Shown here piece by piece: positions 1-13,800 of a stretch of 64,000 nucleotides of DNA. Each line of letters begins with the position of its first letter. Positions within the stretch are counted from its first letter, which is position 1. Made by a program: the position numbers and the translations under genes. The notes under the pieces are model-generated. The model had not been told where the DNA came from, ran no database searches, and was given only the letters and a program-made list of their open reading frames with translations. This DNA comes from Rhizophagus irregularis. Lineage: Eukaryota. The stretch covers positions 1,550,001 through 1,614,000 of the forward strand of contig NC_089429.1 in NCBI RefSeq assembly GCF_026210795.1. The letters run 5' to 3'.

Positions 1-310
1 TATAAAAAAAATCTAAGAAAAAGTATTAATCATACTCGGGTTATTATAAATGTACCTATGTGGAACCAATATCGATGTATGTGGAGAAGAACACGTGGAT
101 TCGGGTCTACATATGTGGATATAAAAAAAATCTAAGAAAAAGTATTAATCATACTCGGGTTATTATAAATGTACCTACGTGGAACCAATATCAATGTATG
201 TGGATTAGAGTCTAAAATAGTACGTGAAACAAATATCGATCAGGGTCTAAAATAGTACGTGAAACAAATATCGATCAGGGTCTAAAATGGTACGTGGAAC
301 AAAGATCGAA
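1..310. repeat. Tandem repeats: ~119-bp unit x ~1.7, then 35-bp unit x3
   Basis: TATAAAAAAAATCTAAGAAAAAG recurs at 1 and 120; TCTAAAAT(A/G)GTACGTG recurs at 211, 246 and 281. Possibly subterminal repeats of an EnSpm-like element ending ...TACCAGGG at ~510. Confidence 0.85.
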
Positions 311-1367
311 ACCGCAGAAAAACACGATATATTTTAAAAGTATCCAAAAATTTTCAGTAAAATAAACATAAAATATAAAAACCAATAAATTAAAGCCCGT
401 CGGCAAATTTTTTGATAAATCTGATTAAATCCTGATGCGAATACTAAAAAAGTATACATATGTAGTTATTCAGTAAAATTCGAAGCGGATATCACATATA
501 CGTACCAGGGACGATGATTTTTTGTTGTGATAAAATTTATAAAATATGTTTGTAATAAACTAGTATTTTGATTTTGTTTATTGGTGATATTTTGTTGGTT
601 AATTAGCTTAATAAAGCAAAAAATATGAAAAAAAAACTAAATTAACAAAAAACTAGCTGTAAGTAAGAATCAAGATGCTGAAGTCGTGGTCAATAAAGGG
701 GAAAATAGGCAAATTTTTTTGTTGAAAAAAATCGAGAGTATGAACAAATTCTTTTGAAAAAGGTGAAATAAAATGAAAAATGGTAGTAATTACTACCCTG
801 ATGGTAATTACCCCTTTGTTGATTATCTTGTAAAATAGCATGAATTTTCGCTATTTTTTTCATTTCTGGTATTAACTCGCAATTCAGCTTCATATAATCT
901 TTAGCATAAAAAATCAGTCGAAACTAAGAATTCCACCGTGTTGCATTAGGTAACGGAATTTTACGTGGTGATGCAATTCCATGTTCTTTTAAGTGAACTG
1001 TGTACGTCTTCGTGTAGGAGCATTAATAAAAACGTTCTTTATATCTTGCAGAAAGCTTTTTAGATGTTAAATTGGGAAAAGTCTCGCTGAAAAAAAAATT
1101 TTTTTATTAGTAAAGACAGGTAAGATTCAAAGATTAAGATTATCATGAACTATACCCGATTTATGCGCACAACATGGCGCATGTATAACTGAGCATAACA
1201 CTTTTCATATAAGCCGCAGAATTAGCGTATAATTTTAACTTTACCGAATATTTCCGAGTTCTTTAAATTTTGCTAAGTGTCCCAACCTTTTTGAAAAATC
1301 CGAAGGCATCCGGTTTATTCATATCTAATCCGGATTTAAAAATAAATCCGGTTTGAAACTCTAGGTG

Positions 1368-1718
1368 CGAAGGATTTCGAGCGTAATATTTCGTAACGAT
1401 TCCGGTACGTAAAACTTGCGAAGGATTTCGAGCGTAATATTTTGTAACGATTCCGGTACGTAAATTTTCGAAGGATTTCGAGCGTAATATTTCGCAACGA
1501 TTACGGTACGTAAATTTTCGAAGGATTTCGAGCGTAATATTTTGTAACGATTCCGGTACGTAAATTTTCGAAGGTTTCGAGCGTAATATTTCGCAACGAT
1601 TACGGTACGTAAATTTTCGAAGGATTTCGAGCGTAATATTTCGTAACGATTCCGGTACGTAAATTTTCGAAGGATTTCGAGCGTAATATTCCGCAACGAT
1701 TACGGTACGTAAAATTTG
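1368..1718. repeat. 50-bp minisatellite, 7 copies
   Basis: CGAAGGATTTCGAGCGTAATATT...GGTACGTAAATTTT starts at 1368, 1419, 1469, 1519, 1569, 1618 and 1668. Confidence 0.95.
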
Positions 1719-2968
1719 CAAAAGTATATGCTATAATATTCCGGAAGTTTATGATACCCGTAAACTTACGTATGTTTACTCCGTAAATTTACGGACATCG
1801 TAACTTACGTAATATTATGCCCGATTAAATTTGCTGATGACTACTTCGAACAATAGCAAGAAAAGTTCGCGCAATGGTAGATCAAGTAGTAGAATATAAG
1901 GATTTTAATATACCGTATCTATTATTCACAGTAAAATACGTTATAAACGTATGATTTAATATACCGTATCTATAGCAGAAATGAATGATACGTTATAGAC
2001 GTATGAATTTAATATACCGTATCCATATTTTGCGAACAGTATACAAAATACCGATATACAGTAGAAAGATATTTATACAATATACGTTACAAATGTATGA
2101 AATTAAAATACCGTATCATACAGTCTATTCACCGTATACTTTGTTACATTTTTTATTATTGGCATTTTGCGAACAGTATACATAATACTGATGTGCAGTA
2201 TATAAAATTGCGAACAGTATCAAAGATGCGAATATACAGTATATAAACAGTGTGCATATTTTTTATAGGGTGGGTGTGTAACACTGGTGTAAAGATGTAT
2301 GTAAAGAATATGTATAATGCTTTTTTTTTAAAAAAAAATAGGCAGAAACATTATCAATTGTTCTTAAAAAAAAAAAATCTTTTTTTTAATACAATATTCG
2401 AAGTACAAAAAAGGAATACAAAAGGAGTTTTCATCTATTTTTAAATTACACAGCCATCTTAAAATGACAGGAATATTTGTGTACAAATTATTCCGAATAA
2501 AGATAAATCAAAATTTTTTAGCTTATAAAATCTGAAACATAAATTTTATGCAGTGTGAAAAAAAAAAAAGTATTTTAGTTTTTAATTTTTATAAATCTTG
2601 TATAGTGTAAAAAAAAAGTGTTTATTTTTTATAAATTGTGAAAAAAAAGTATCATCAGGAAGTCACGGGAAAAATGTTCATCAAATGTACATCAGTCACT
2701 TGATGTACATCATAAAGAAACGCTGAACATCGGACCCTGCAATGTACTACCGATGTCACAACATTCGATGTGCATCACCTAAATTTAATGTTCATTAACG
2801 ATGTACATTATTTTAAGATAATAAACATCATATCAATATTTTATTATTTATGTTAATATGTCAATGTTAAATATTATTGAATAATAAATTATTTTATTAA
2901 ATTACATTATAACAATCTATACTAAAGTCTACTATAAAATCTATACTACTTAACTGATTGGGAAAAAA

Positions 2969-5900
2969 ATGTCGAATAATAAAGTATTATGTATATGTTC
3001 CAAATGTAAAAAAAAAGGATCAGATAATATTGGTAAATATGTGCATCCTACTACCAAATGGAGACATATTAAAAATGCAAAAAAGAATTATAATTTTAGC
3101 GACAACGATGATGATAGCGACGATGATAGCGATGATGATAATAATAATAACGATTATAACGACGATAATAACGATAACGATAATGATAATAATAATAACG
3201 ACCATGACAACGACTACGATGATGATAACGATCACGATGACGACCACGATAATGATGGCGATAATGATGATAATAATAACGACTACGATGATAATAATTA
3301 TGATGATAATGATGTAGAATATAAACAGTAAGTATTAAGGAGAATATTTCTGTTATTCGTTAATTAATAATGATTATTAAATGTTTTATATTATATTTTA
3401 ATTGTAATGATGATAGGAGGAATGAATTTGATAATAGATCTTCAAGATCTCCTACTCCCGTTCTCATGGTAATTGATGATGACAATCAAGAACACCATGA
3501 CAATGAATCTTGACAATTCTGATGAAAAAGCAGAATCATCAACTGCAACTGAAATTGAATCTTATGAAAGTTTATATGATTCTTTTGATGATAATAATAC
3601 GTTTGAAGTATTACAAAAAGGACTATATAGTAGCGATAACGAATCATCTGATGACGGTATTAATTTAACAGAAGGTAATATACGCAATATTTATTTATTT
3701 ATTTAAAATTATTTATTATTAATGCAAATACATATTATTTGTAGGGTCTAATATTGTAGGGTCTAATATTAATAGTATTAATGATGAAGTTGCTAGAGGT
3801 TTACGTCTTCTTGAAGTAAAAAATTGACGAAATATTACTGATGCAGCCTTTAAAGAAATTGTTACTGCAGCTAGTGGTAATTTTACAAGTCAATATACGC
3901 TAATAAAAACACTTAAAAATATAGTTCCTATTAAACCAATTTGGGTTGATATGTGCATAAATTCATGCTGCGCTTTTACTGGTAATTTGGAAACATTAAA
4001 TAAATGTACCTATTGTAAAGCTGACCGTTATCAAGAAGGAGGACGACCAAGAGCACAAGTAGCATATTTTTCAATTCAGAATCGATTTAAAATTCAATAT
4101 CAAGATCCAACACGCGCAAAACAATTACGTTATCGTTCTGAATATATTACCAGAGAAGATGATGGTGCTATTGGCGATGTATTTGACGGCTCACAATATA
4201 AATATCTATCCCAAAAGGGATATTTTCAAGACGATCGTGATATTGCACTTTTAGGTTCTGTTGACGGTTATCAACTATTCAAACAAAAATGTGATGATTG
4301 TTGGATAGTTTTATTTATTAATGCTAATTTGCCACCCCATCAACGTGTAAAAAAAGAAAATTTACTTATTACTTCAATCATCCCGGGTCCTAAAGCTCCA
4401 AAAAATTTTAATTCTTTTATGAAACCAATAGTTGAAGAATTATGCTTATTAAATGGTAATTTTAATTACATACATTATGATAAAACTTAATGATAAAAAA
4501 AATATATTAAAAATAATTGTAAATTTGTAAATTTGTAGATGGTGTTGAATGCTATGATGGTGCTACGAATGAGAATTTCCTCTTAAAAGTTACGGTACTT
4601 TCCTGGTCTGGAGATACTCCCGGATTGTCAAAACTTGCTTGCTTAACTGGACATAATTCATACATGGCATGTCGTTACTGTGATCTTTATGGAATATATA
4701 ATAATCATGTATATTATCCTACAACACCACCACCATCAATTGAAACATATAAAACTTATAATCCATCAGATTTACCAAAAAGAACTCATAGAGATTATAT
4801 GATAAGAATTGAACAAATAACGACAATACCGCCATCAAGAACACGCGATACATTAATTTCTGATTTAGGTAAATAATAAATCTATTGCAACATAATTTTT
4901 TTTACTATAAAATTAATAATTATTATTTTGAAATAGGTGTTACAGGACGTAGTGTTTTATTAGAAATAGAAACAACTCGATTTCCTACATGTTTTCCAAT
5001 AGATATTATGCATTTGTTTTATGAAAACATCGCATTATATATGTTAAAACATTGGATGGGTTGTTTTTTTAAAGATTCTATTCTTAATGATCAGCCATAT
5101 GTAATTAACAACAAACAATGGACTGAGATTGGGATTGAAATGGAAACCGTAAGAAAATCCATTCCAACTGATTTTGGTCGACCACCATGAAATATCTTAC
5201 ATCACCATAATGGTTACAAAGCAGAGGAGTGGGCTTCATGGATAACCTTATATTCTTTACCTTTATTAAAAGATCATTTGCCGGCAAATTATCTTAAAGG
5301 TTGGTCCTTTTTTGTTAAAGCTGTTCAGCTTTGTCAAAAACGAGTATTATCTTTACATGATCAAGAAGAAATAAGGAAATTATTATTGCTATTTTATCAA
5401 CATTATGAACGGTATATATATTACAACATTTATTTTATTTATTGAATTATTGTTCTTTTATTAAAATAATATTATTTTTAGTTATTATTATCAGTTTTTG
5501 GCTGTCCGACTAAGTGTAATGAAAGTATGCTTTCATTATATTTTACATGTTGCTGATAGTATTCAGGATACTGGACCATGTTGGTCAACATGGCAGTTTC
5601 CTATGGAACGTACTTGTGGAATGTTACAACCGCTAGCAAAATCACGCCTCCATCCATATAAAAATCTAACAAACAATGTATATTTATTAGAATTATTTAA
5701 TAATTTGTGTTATTTTAGAAAATTTTATGACCAGATCTTTCCTCCTATATCTGATAAAAAATATAAAGAGCACTTGGTTTATACAAATGAGAATTATGAA
5801 GAAGAATTTCAATGGCCTTCTAAACCATATACTCTTACATTCCAAGAAGTTAAAAAAATAAAAGATCATTTATGTGTAATAGATGATCGTGCATCAGAAA

Positions 5901-6490
5901 TGCGATTAAATGTATGTATTATTTTATTTTATGTTATTTTATTTTCAATTTTAAAATTAAATATTGACTAATATTTACATTTTTTACATTTTTTAGGATT
6001 TTAAAACCAACGGAACAAAATTTGGTTGTTTAATAACTTCCGATGGTCGAGTAATTGGGTCAGAATGGATACGTAGAAATAAAGACTGGGCACGAATTAA
6101 TTACACTGTTTTGGTTAGTATTTAATGCAATATAATCATTTATTAATTTTGTAAATTAATTTTGTAAGTTTTATTTAATAATTTTCATTTTAGACCCGTT
6201 TAGAAATTGACAAATGGGCTCACTTACCAAGTGCAATCCCAGAATTCGTAACTAAATCATTTTACGCCCAGGTTAATTATTATTTTTTATACGGGTATAT
6301 GGATCAGAAAATAATGCTAGCGAACGTAACATGGACAAATGAAGTTAATGAAGATTCATTAGGTACAACTTCCTTTGTAGGTGATGGTTCTACACAATTT
6401 ATTGATGTTACTGCAATCAATAGATGTGTAGGTTTTATGAAATTGGGACGTAAAACATATATTATTGATAAGGAATGTATGGAAGAATAG
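2969..6490 (+). pseudogene. CACTA/EnSpm-superfamily transposase (Tnp2/Transposase_21-like), ~8 exons, two in-frame stops
   Basis: N-terminal CxCxxC...H, D/N-rich tract, DMCINSCCAFTG..C..C, SVDGYQLFK, IIPGPKAPKNFNSFMKPIVEEL, CRYC, DIMHLFYENI, GPCWSTWQFPMERTCGML. GT-AG introns lie between the ORF pieces. In-frame TGA at 3825 and 5188. Confidence 0.9.
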
Positions 6491-7081
6491 AAATAAACAA
6501 TTTAATTAAAAATTGTCAAATAATCTGAAATTGTATTACGCGCGATGTGTATATCGGATTTCTTAAATAAAACTTTCTTAAATAAAACTGTAGGGAAAAT
6601 TCTTATTAGTTCTTTTTGTATTGTAAATTTTATAACGCCCTATATTATACGTAATTTCAATCTAATAAAATTAGAAATAAACGTCTGCCTTACTTACCGT
6701 TAAAATCTGAATAAGTATTTGCAATAGTTCTCAAATAAGTATAGAATTCTTTACCGATATCTGGACTAATAACAGACGTATTTATTATAACAGACTGCAT
6801 AGACGACGTATTGTAATGTATTATAATAACGTTTATAAATAAAATTGTTTATAGTTAAATATAACAATTAGGCAGGCATTCATTTGGCCAATTTAGCCTT
6901 TATAATAAAAATCGCGTTAATATTATAGCAATGATAATAATATAAAAATTTTTTTTATTAAAATGAATAATATTAATTAATTAATTATTAAAACGTTAAT
7001 ATATACTAAGCAATAAGCAAATAATTATAATGATATGAAATTAATTAATAACATCAAGCCTCGCAATTTAATTAACATTAA

Positions 7082-7883
7082 TCAATCATCGTCGATTTCC
7101 CAAATTGCGAGGCTTGCGAGACTTGATTGAGAACCTCCTTCTTCTTCTTCAAATATTTGAACCACTTCTTGTTCCTGATCCTGCTGTTGCTGTTGCTGTT
7201 GCCTTTGTAATTTTTGATCTTGTAATTTTTGATCCTGATCCTCCTAATTCTGATCTTGATCCTGCTGCTGTTGTTGTTGGCTAAGTAATTTTTTTTGATT
7301 TTGATCTTGATCCTGATTCTGATCCCGATCCCGATACTGCCGATTCTGATCCCGCTGCTGTTGCTGTTGTTGTGTTTGTGACCGTTGCCGTTGCAATTGT
7401 GTTTGTGACCGTTGGAATTGCAATCCTAAAAATATTATTTAGAATTTAATATTATTTAGAATTTAAAAAAGAAATTAAAACACTTTACAAGATGATAAAA
7501 AGTTAATACTTGATTTTTTCCAAAACCGATCTCTGAACTCTACATGATATCTTTCTCCGTTTCTTGTTTGTTTTCCTCTCGGGTCCCTCTTTAAAAATAA
7601 TTCCATTAACTAGAAAGATTATGTAAATTAGTGAAGAGATAAGAGATAAATAACAGTATAGTATTGTATAATATTGAATATTTACACGGCAATCCTTTAC
7701 GATGCCATGGAATTTTTCAGAAGCCTGGCGCCCTGTATAACTAGTTCAAAATCTCTGATTTATTTTTCCGGCGGTCGAGGTCCACCACGATCGTTTACAA
7801 CTCCCCCCACCGAGGGAGTGGTAATGATCATTACCTTCTTTTCTTTCGTCAATCAACATCCTAACTTCGTCATCGGTCCACAT
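7082..7883 (-). pseudogene. Myb/SANT-like (trihelix-type) DNA-binding protein with Q/D-rich tail, 3 exons, two premature stops
   Basis: Manual translation from ATG 7883: MWTDDEVRMLIDERK...WWTSTAGKINQRF*TSYTGRQASEKFHGIVKDCR | LMELFLKRDPRGK...FWKKS | RLQFQRSQ...QDQDQN*...IWEIDDD*. Canonical GT-AG junctions; stops at 7746-7748 and 7244-7246. Confidence 0.75.
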
Positions 7884-8066
7884 TTTTAAACAATTAAAAT
7901 TGAAATTTTTTTTGAAAAAAAAAATTTGAAATAATTATTTTTTTTTAAAAAAAAAAATGAGGAAATGAGGAAATTTTTAAACAATTAAAATTGAAATTTT
8001 TTTTGAAAAAAGAAAATTTGAAATAATTATTTTTTTTTAAAAAAAAAAAAATGAGGAAATGAGGAA
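7882..8066. repeat. ~91-bp tandem duplication
   Basis: ATTTTTAAACAATTAAAATTGAAATT...ATGAGGAAATGAGGAAA present twice. Confidence 0.85.
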
Positions 8067-9338
8067 AACGAATGAATTTGATTTAATTTTTTTTTTCATA
8101 AATTAAATAATACTTACTTGTTAATGATGTAATAAATATCAATAAATAAAAGTCTAATTAATAATAATATTACTTATTAATGATGTAATGAATTACTACT
8201 CTGATTGATCAAATTGAATTACTCAATGTTTATGTATAATTCTGTGATTTTACCCGTGACTCACCCGCGATAATATAATACTTATAATATACTGAACACC
8301 CGCGATTCACCCGCGACTCACCCGTGACTCATTCGCAACATTACTAAACACTTTGATGTAAGACACTATACTATTATCGTGAGATTGATCAACAGTTAGA
8401 TGATTAAATCATAACCATCTCTTATAAAAAAATTACACAAATTTGAACCTTTTTTTTTATCAATTGACAAAAAGAATTTAATCACTAATACTTTATTAAC
8501 AGTCAACAGGTGCCTCATTTCGAATGGTATGTGATTACAAAATGATGACCTAATACTCAACAGCGGCCTCAATATCAAAGACATTCGAATGGTATGTGAT
8601 TACAAAATATGAATTTACCTCGCGAACCCACACAAAGAAGCAGTTCTTTAGAAAATGTGGCTAGACAATTCAACGATTTTAGTTTTTACAAAATGTAATA
8701 CTTCACAACTAAAACTAAATGTACAAGCGACCACTAGCCTACCAATACTAAACAGAACAGAATGTAACAAAATGCTTTGGTTAATTATTTTTTTGCGCCA
8801 TTGATTTTTTAAATGGCTATTGCTATATATATATATTTTATGTTTATTGTTGCGCCATTAAATGTATTGCGCCATTAAATGTATTAAATGGTTATATAGT
8901 ACTATTATTTCATAATTGTATTATTTATTTATTTATTTATTTTATTTCATAATTGTATTATTTCACAATTGGATTTCTTATATGGCGATATGCAAAATTG
9001 CATGTGATATTTTAATAACTTTTGTATTCTGCAGTTAGCCCATTATTTTACTTATATGGTTAAATTTATTATGCTCTCAATCTTAGATTATCAATTATTG
9101 CGCTAAAATTTTCTAAAAAATACTATAAAATAATGGACTATTCCCTAATTTAGAAATTTACCATAATTTTTGAAATTTTTCCATACAAAAAAAAAAAAAA
9201 AATTTCCCATGATTTTTAAATTCTTTTCGTATAAAAAAAATTTTTTTTACCTCCTTAAAAAAAAAATTGGCAAGTCTCTCACCTTCCTCCTCGCCTCTCA
9301 CCTTCTTCTCCTCGCTTTAATATTTTTTTTTTAAAAAA

Positions 9339-10166
9339 ATGAATAATAATAACAATAATCCTAATAATAACAATAATCCACTTCTTAATGCTCATCAAAC
9401 AACTATACGGGAGTTTAAAGAAGGAATTAATTCTATACATAAAATGACGGTTAACGCTATCATTAATAACTTGCAGTAAGTAAAATAATTGATAAAAGAA
9501 AAGAAAAAAACCTTTAATTATAATCATAATTTTAAATACATTTTTTGGACTTGTAATAAACAGACTACCAGTGCCTCCAGTATTTGGAAGTAGAACGTCT
9601 ACGTTTAGCTTGTTCACAACACCTTCGTTTGGAGTACCCTCATTCGGAGTACCTTCGTTCGGTGCACCCTCGTTCAGAATAGGTAATAAATTTTATTATT
9701 TTATATAAAATATATATTTAACAACTTATAAAATAACTTCTATTTCTATTATATTATTATAGCTGCGGCAAGAGCAGCAACAATAGCAGCAATGACCACA
9801 GCAGCAACAACAACACCAACACCAACCGCACCAACAACAACAAGTGCACTAATACTAGCTGCACCAACACTACCAACCACATCAACAACCACATCAACAA
9901 CCACATCAACAACCGCATCAACAACCGCATCAACAACACCACCAATACCAACCGCATTAACAACTACATCAACAACCGCATTAACAACCGCATCAACAAC
10001 CGCATCAACAACACCACCAATACCAACCGCATTAACAACTACTGCTGCATCAACCGCAACAACAGCAGCTATTGCAACAACAACAATAGCAGCAGCAATA
10101 ACAACAACATATCACCAGTCATCAATTCCATCATACTGGCCTTTACAGCAGCAGCAGCAGCAACAG

Positions 10167-10246
<80 letters not shown>

Positions 10247-10555
10247 GCAGCAGCAACGGCAACGGCAGCAGCAACGCCAGCAGCGTATGCAGCGCCGACA
10301 GCGCGAATGTTTTGAATCAACGGGTAATAAAATTTATTAATTTAATGTAAAAGTAAATTTTATAAATTATTTAATAATAAAATTTTTAAATTAATAAAAA
10401 TAGGAGCTGTTTGCTATTATTGTAATGATAATCATTACATCTTCGCTTGTACTCAAATACCGAAAGAGTACAAAGGCCGTTGCGTTAATTGCTGGGCGGA
10501 CGATCATATGGTTATGAGTTGTAATAATGTTAAAATAAGAGAGCCTTGGCTCTAA
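9339..10555 (+). CDS. Low-complexity protein (PSFG repeats, Thr/Ala-rich, polyQ) with two C-terminal CCHC zinc knuckles; 4 exons
   Basis: Spliced frame is open: MNNNNNNP... | LPVPPVFG...PSFGVPSFGVPSFGAPSF | ORF 9792 frame | GAVCYYCNDNHYIFAC...RCVNCWADDHMVMSC...EPWL*. GT-AG introns join in phase. Confidence 0.75.
10146..10290 (+). repeat. CAG/CAA trinucleotide tract (polyQ)
   Basis: Direct reading of mixed CAG/CAA codons. Confidence 0.95.
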
Positions 10556-10649
10556 ATTTTTTAATTTTTTAACTTTTTTCTAATCTTTTTAATTTTTTAA
10601 GTTAGATTAAAAATTATTTTCTGAATCATGTTATGTTCTTGAACATTTT

Positions 10650-10866
10650 TCCGATTGGGGTCGGATAATAAAAGATTAATTAAAATATTCGATTGGGGTC
10701 GAATATTTTTCTTTTTTTGATTGGGGTCAGATATTAATCTTTTAAAAAATGTTCGATTACTATTTTTTTTTTGTCCGATCGATTGGGGTCGAATTAATTT
10801 TTGATTACTATTTTTTTTTGTCCGAGTCGGATTAATTTTTTTAAAAAACGTTCGATTGGGGTCGAA
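10650..10866. repeat. Dispersed GATTGGGGTC(G) motif, ~5 copies
   Basis: Copies near 10652, 10690, 10719, 10780 and 10853 in AT-rich spacers. Confidence 0.7.
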
Positions 10867-13800
10867 CCAATATAATAAAAAAAAATTTTTTTATAAAATT
10901 ATATATTTATTTTCATATATATTATTTTTAATATTTTTTATTTATTTTAATATTTTTTATTTATTAATATTATTAATTCGCAATTCGTAAAAAAGTAAAC
11001 ATGAAAAAATTTACATTACATTTATATAATGATCGGTAGGAATAGTAGTGATAATAAAATGCGTTAATATTCGTTAATACCAATAATTAAATGCGTTAAT
11101 ACTAAGAATCTCTAATCGTTTTAGATCTAAACATGAATAACGACGATACTTGATGTAAAACTCGTTTCTATTAGTTAGTAAATAGTATGTACATGAGAGG
11201 TAACAGCAATCCAAAAGGCGCGTTACTTTATAAACTGGTAAACTTTATAGAATAAAATAACAGCTAAAGGAAACAAAAATAATGAGATATTACTAAGGTA
11301 TACAAGGTATAGGTATCATGTATCATTCAGCGATATTAAAACAGCACCAAGTTATGTATGATAAGTTTATATGAAGTTTATATCAACGACGAAGTTTAAT
11401 TTTCTAGATCTTTTATTAAAAATTGGAATAATAATGAATTTCTAAGTATTTTTCTATTTATTATTTTATTTAAGAATTTTTTTATAATAAAACTTGCTTA
11501 GTAATACAGTATATAATAAAATCAATAAAATCAATAAAATAAGTTTCATATTGCATAAAAAATTTTTTTATTTAATTAAATTTTTTTATTTAATTAATTA
11601 TATTAATATATTTATTATAAAAGATTATTAAGGAAAGGTAAAAAAATTAAGTAAATTTAGAATGTGACGAAGGTGGATAAGGAAATAACGCGAGCGTGAT
11701 GGTAGTTGCAGATGGTATGTGTATATGGTGGCGGCGGCGGTTATTGTGGTGGAGGAGGAAGTAATTGTAGTAAAGGAAGTGATCGAAAAAGTAATTATAG
11801 AGACGGAAAAGGTGATCGTGATGAAGCGATTATTGTGATGTTTGCAGATATTTTCAGTTTTACTATAATATAAAAACTTGATACACGATTATAATATGGT
11901 TGAATTACGGTTAAATGGGTTAAATGATATTAAATGTATATTATAGAAACGCGGTTCTGTTATAATAAAATAACTTGATCGCTAATATTATTATAAATTA
12001 TAAGTTAATTTAAAATAAATACATTGTAGGTAAACAGTCATATATATTACTTTTTAAATACATTCACAATTCACAATTAAAGTAAAATGATCTCCCATCG
12101 TACAATTGTAACGATTGTACTAAAATAAACGTATATTTCGTATATTTTCAAATATTGTACAATAATCGCACAATTTTTATATCCTAAACTTTTATTGCAC
12201 AAAAGTTGAACGTTTTCTGTATACTTAATTTAAGTTTATTTTCAATTGTACAAAGATCGCACATTTTCAATACACTATAAAATCGACATGGCCATTTTTA
12301 TCCAAAAAACTGCAATAATTGTATGATTTCCGCACGGACTTGAACAAATATTGCACAAAAATTGGATGATCTTTTTTCATAGGGCATGAATATGATAATA
12401 CATTTACGGAAAATAACTAAAATTTAAGCAACTAGTCAGGTGACATCACCTATGAAAATTAAAATTATGTGAACCCGGTAAATTTTCTAACGTCATAAAA
12501 AATAGTAGCCAGATTTGGGATAATTTCCATGCTTTGAGGCTATAAATGGAATAGAATAAAGGAATCTATAAATAAAGTGAATATCATGAACTAGGACACT
12601 TTGGGCAAATGGATCAGGTTCGATAATGGGTAGGTCCTCTTACTTGATTATTAATATGACATTTTATAGTATACTTTTTTAATTAATTGCGTATATCATT
12701 CAGTAAATATTTTTTTAGTAAACAAATTCTAATATATAAATAAATTCATGGATAAATTTAATTTTTTTTAATAAAATAAAATAAAAACAATTTTTCTAAT
12801 AAATAATAAATGTTTTAGTAAATAAGATAATTTTTTTCTTATAAATAGATATGATAATTTTCTTTTTTTTATAGATAATTGTAATAACTTTTTTTTCATA
12901 ATGTCATTCTTTCGAAGTAATTACATAAAAAGTTACTTTTTTTATGTTTAATAGATATGATAACTTTTAATAAATAACATGAGAAAATTAACCTAATCTA
13001 GTTAAAATAATAAAAAATCGTTCAAAAGAAACTGATTTTTATTAAAAATTAATAAAAATCATTTAATTTCTTTATTATAACCAAAAGAAACTTATTTTTT
13101 ATTAAAAATAATTCCTCTTTATTACAATTGAAAAAAAAAAGATTTGTTCCTTATAAAAATCATACCTACTCTTGAAAAAAATAATTTTTTATTAAAATCG
13201 AGAATCAAAAAAAAACGATTTATTATTTTTAGCAAGAATTTTTTTTTTTTTAAAAAAAAAAATAACAATCGATCAACAAAATTTTAAAAGCAAAAAATAC
13301 ATGTATATGATCCATATATTCAATGGTTATATTTGATGACACAGGTTTTGTAAAAGTTAGGGTAATAAGTTGCTTTCAAATCTGCTTAGCTTAATAAGCT
13401 TAAGCGTGTTGTTAAATTAAATGACATTTGTCATTTATCATACTTTTTTATAGTAAAATCGATGTCATTTAATATCATTTGATGTCATTTCAATTTCATT
13501 TCAGTGTCATTTGACAACACTTATAAGTATAGCACAAGCTTACTTTCAGTAATTAACTAATCATGTGAAACCGCAACAATCATGTGATCAGAGCAGCAAT
13601 CAGGTGATTGTGTAACAAGTGAAAGAAAGGTTAGATCGTTATTGTTGTTCACATTTTATTTGTTTCCTTTCTTGGTCTGGTTTCATTTCATTATTTTCTA
13701 TGACGAAATTTTAGTAATTACGCCCACACCTCAAAAAAAAAAATACTTTCTCTAGTTGATCATATGCGTCTTAACTAAATAAGTAAAAAATAATAAAGCC

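Noticed and set aside
1263..1721. Repeat ORFs of 152 and 111 aa; CRISPR-like appearance
   Set aside because: Open frames arise from the 50-bp tandem repeat; there are no unique spacers and no cas genes
2958..3317. I/T/M-rich and V/I-rich hydrophobic ORFs
   Set aside because: Alternative frames of the GAT/AAT tract in transposase exon 1
3825..5190. UGA recoding (selenocysteine or alternative code)
   Set aside because: Positions fit mutated Arg codons in a decaying TE; the intact genes read normally in the standard code
9757..10320. Minus-strand L-rich and A/V-rich ORFs
   Set aside because: Antisense shadows of the Thr-rich and polyQ exon
13560..13610. CACGTG/CATGTG-like boxes as a specific regulatory signal
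   Set aside because: Such boxes are scattered throughout the window, so specificity cannot be shown
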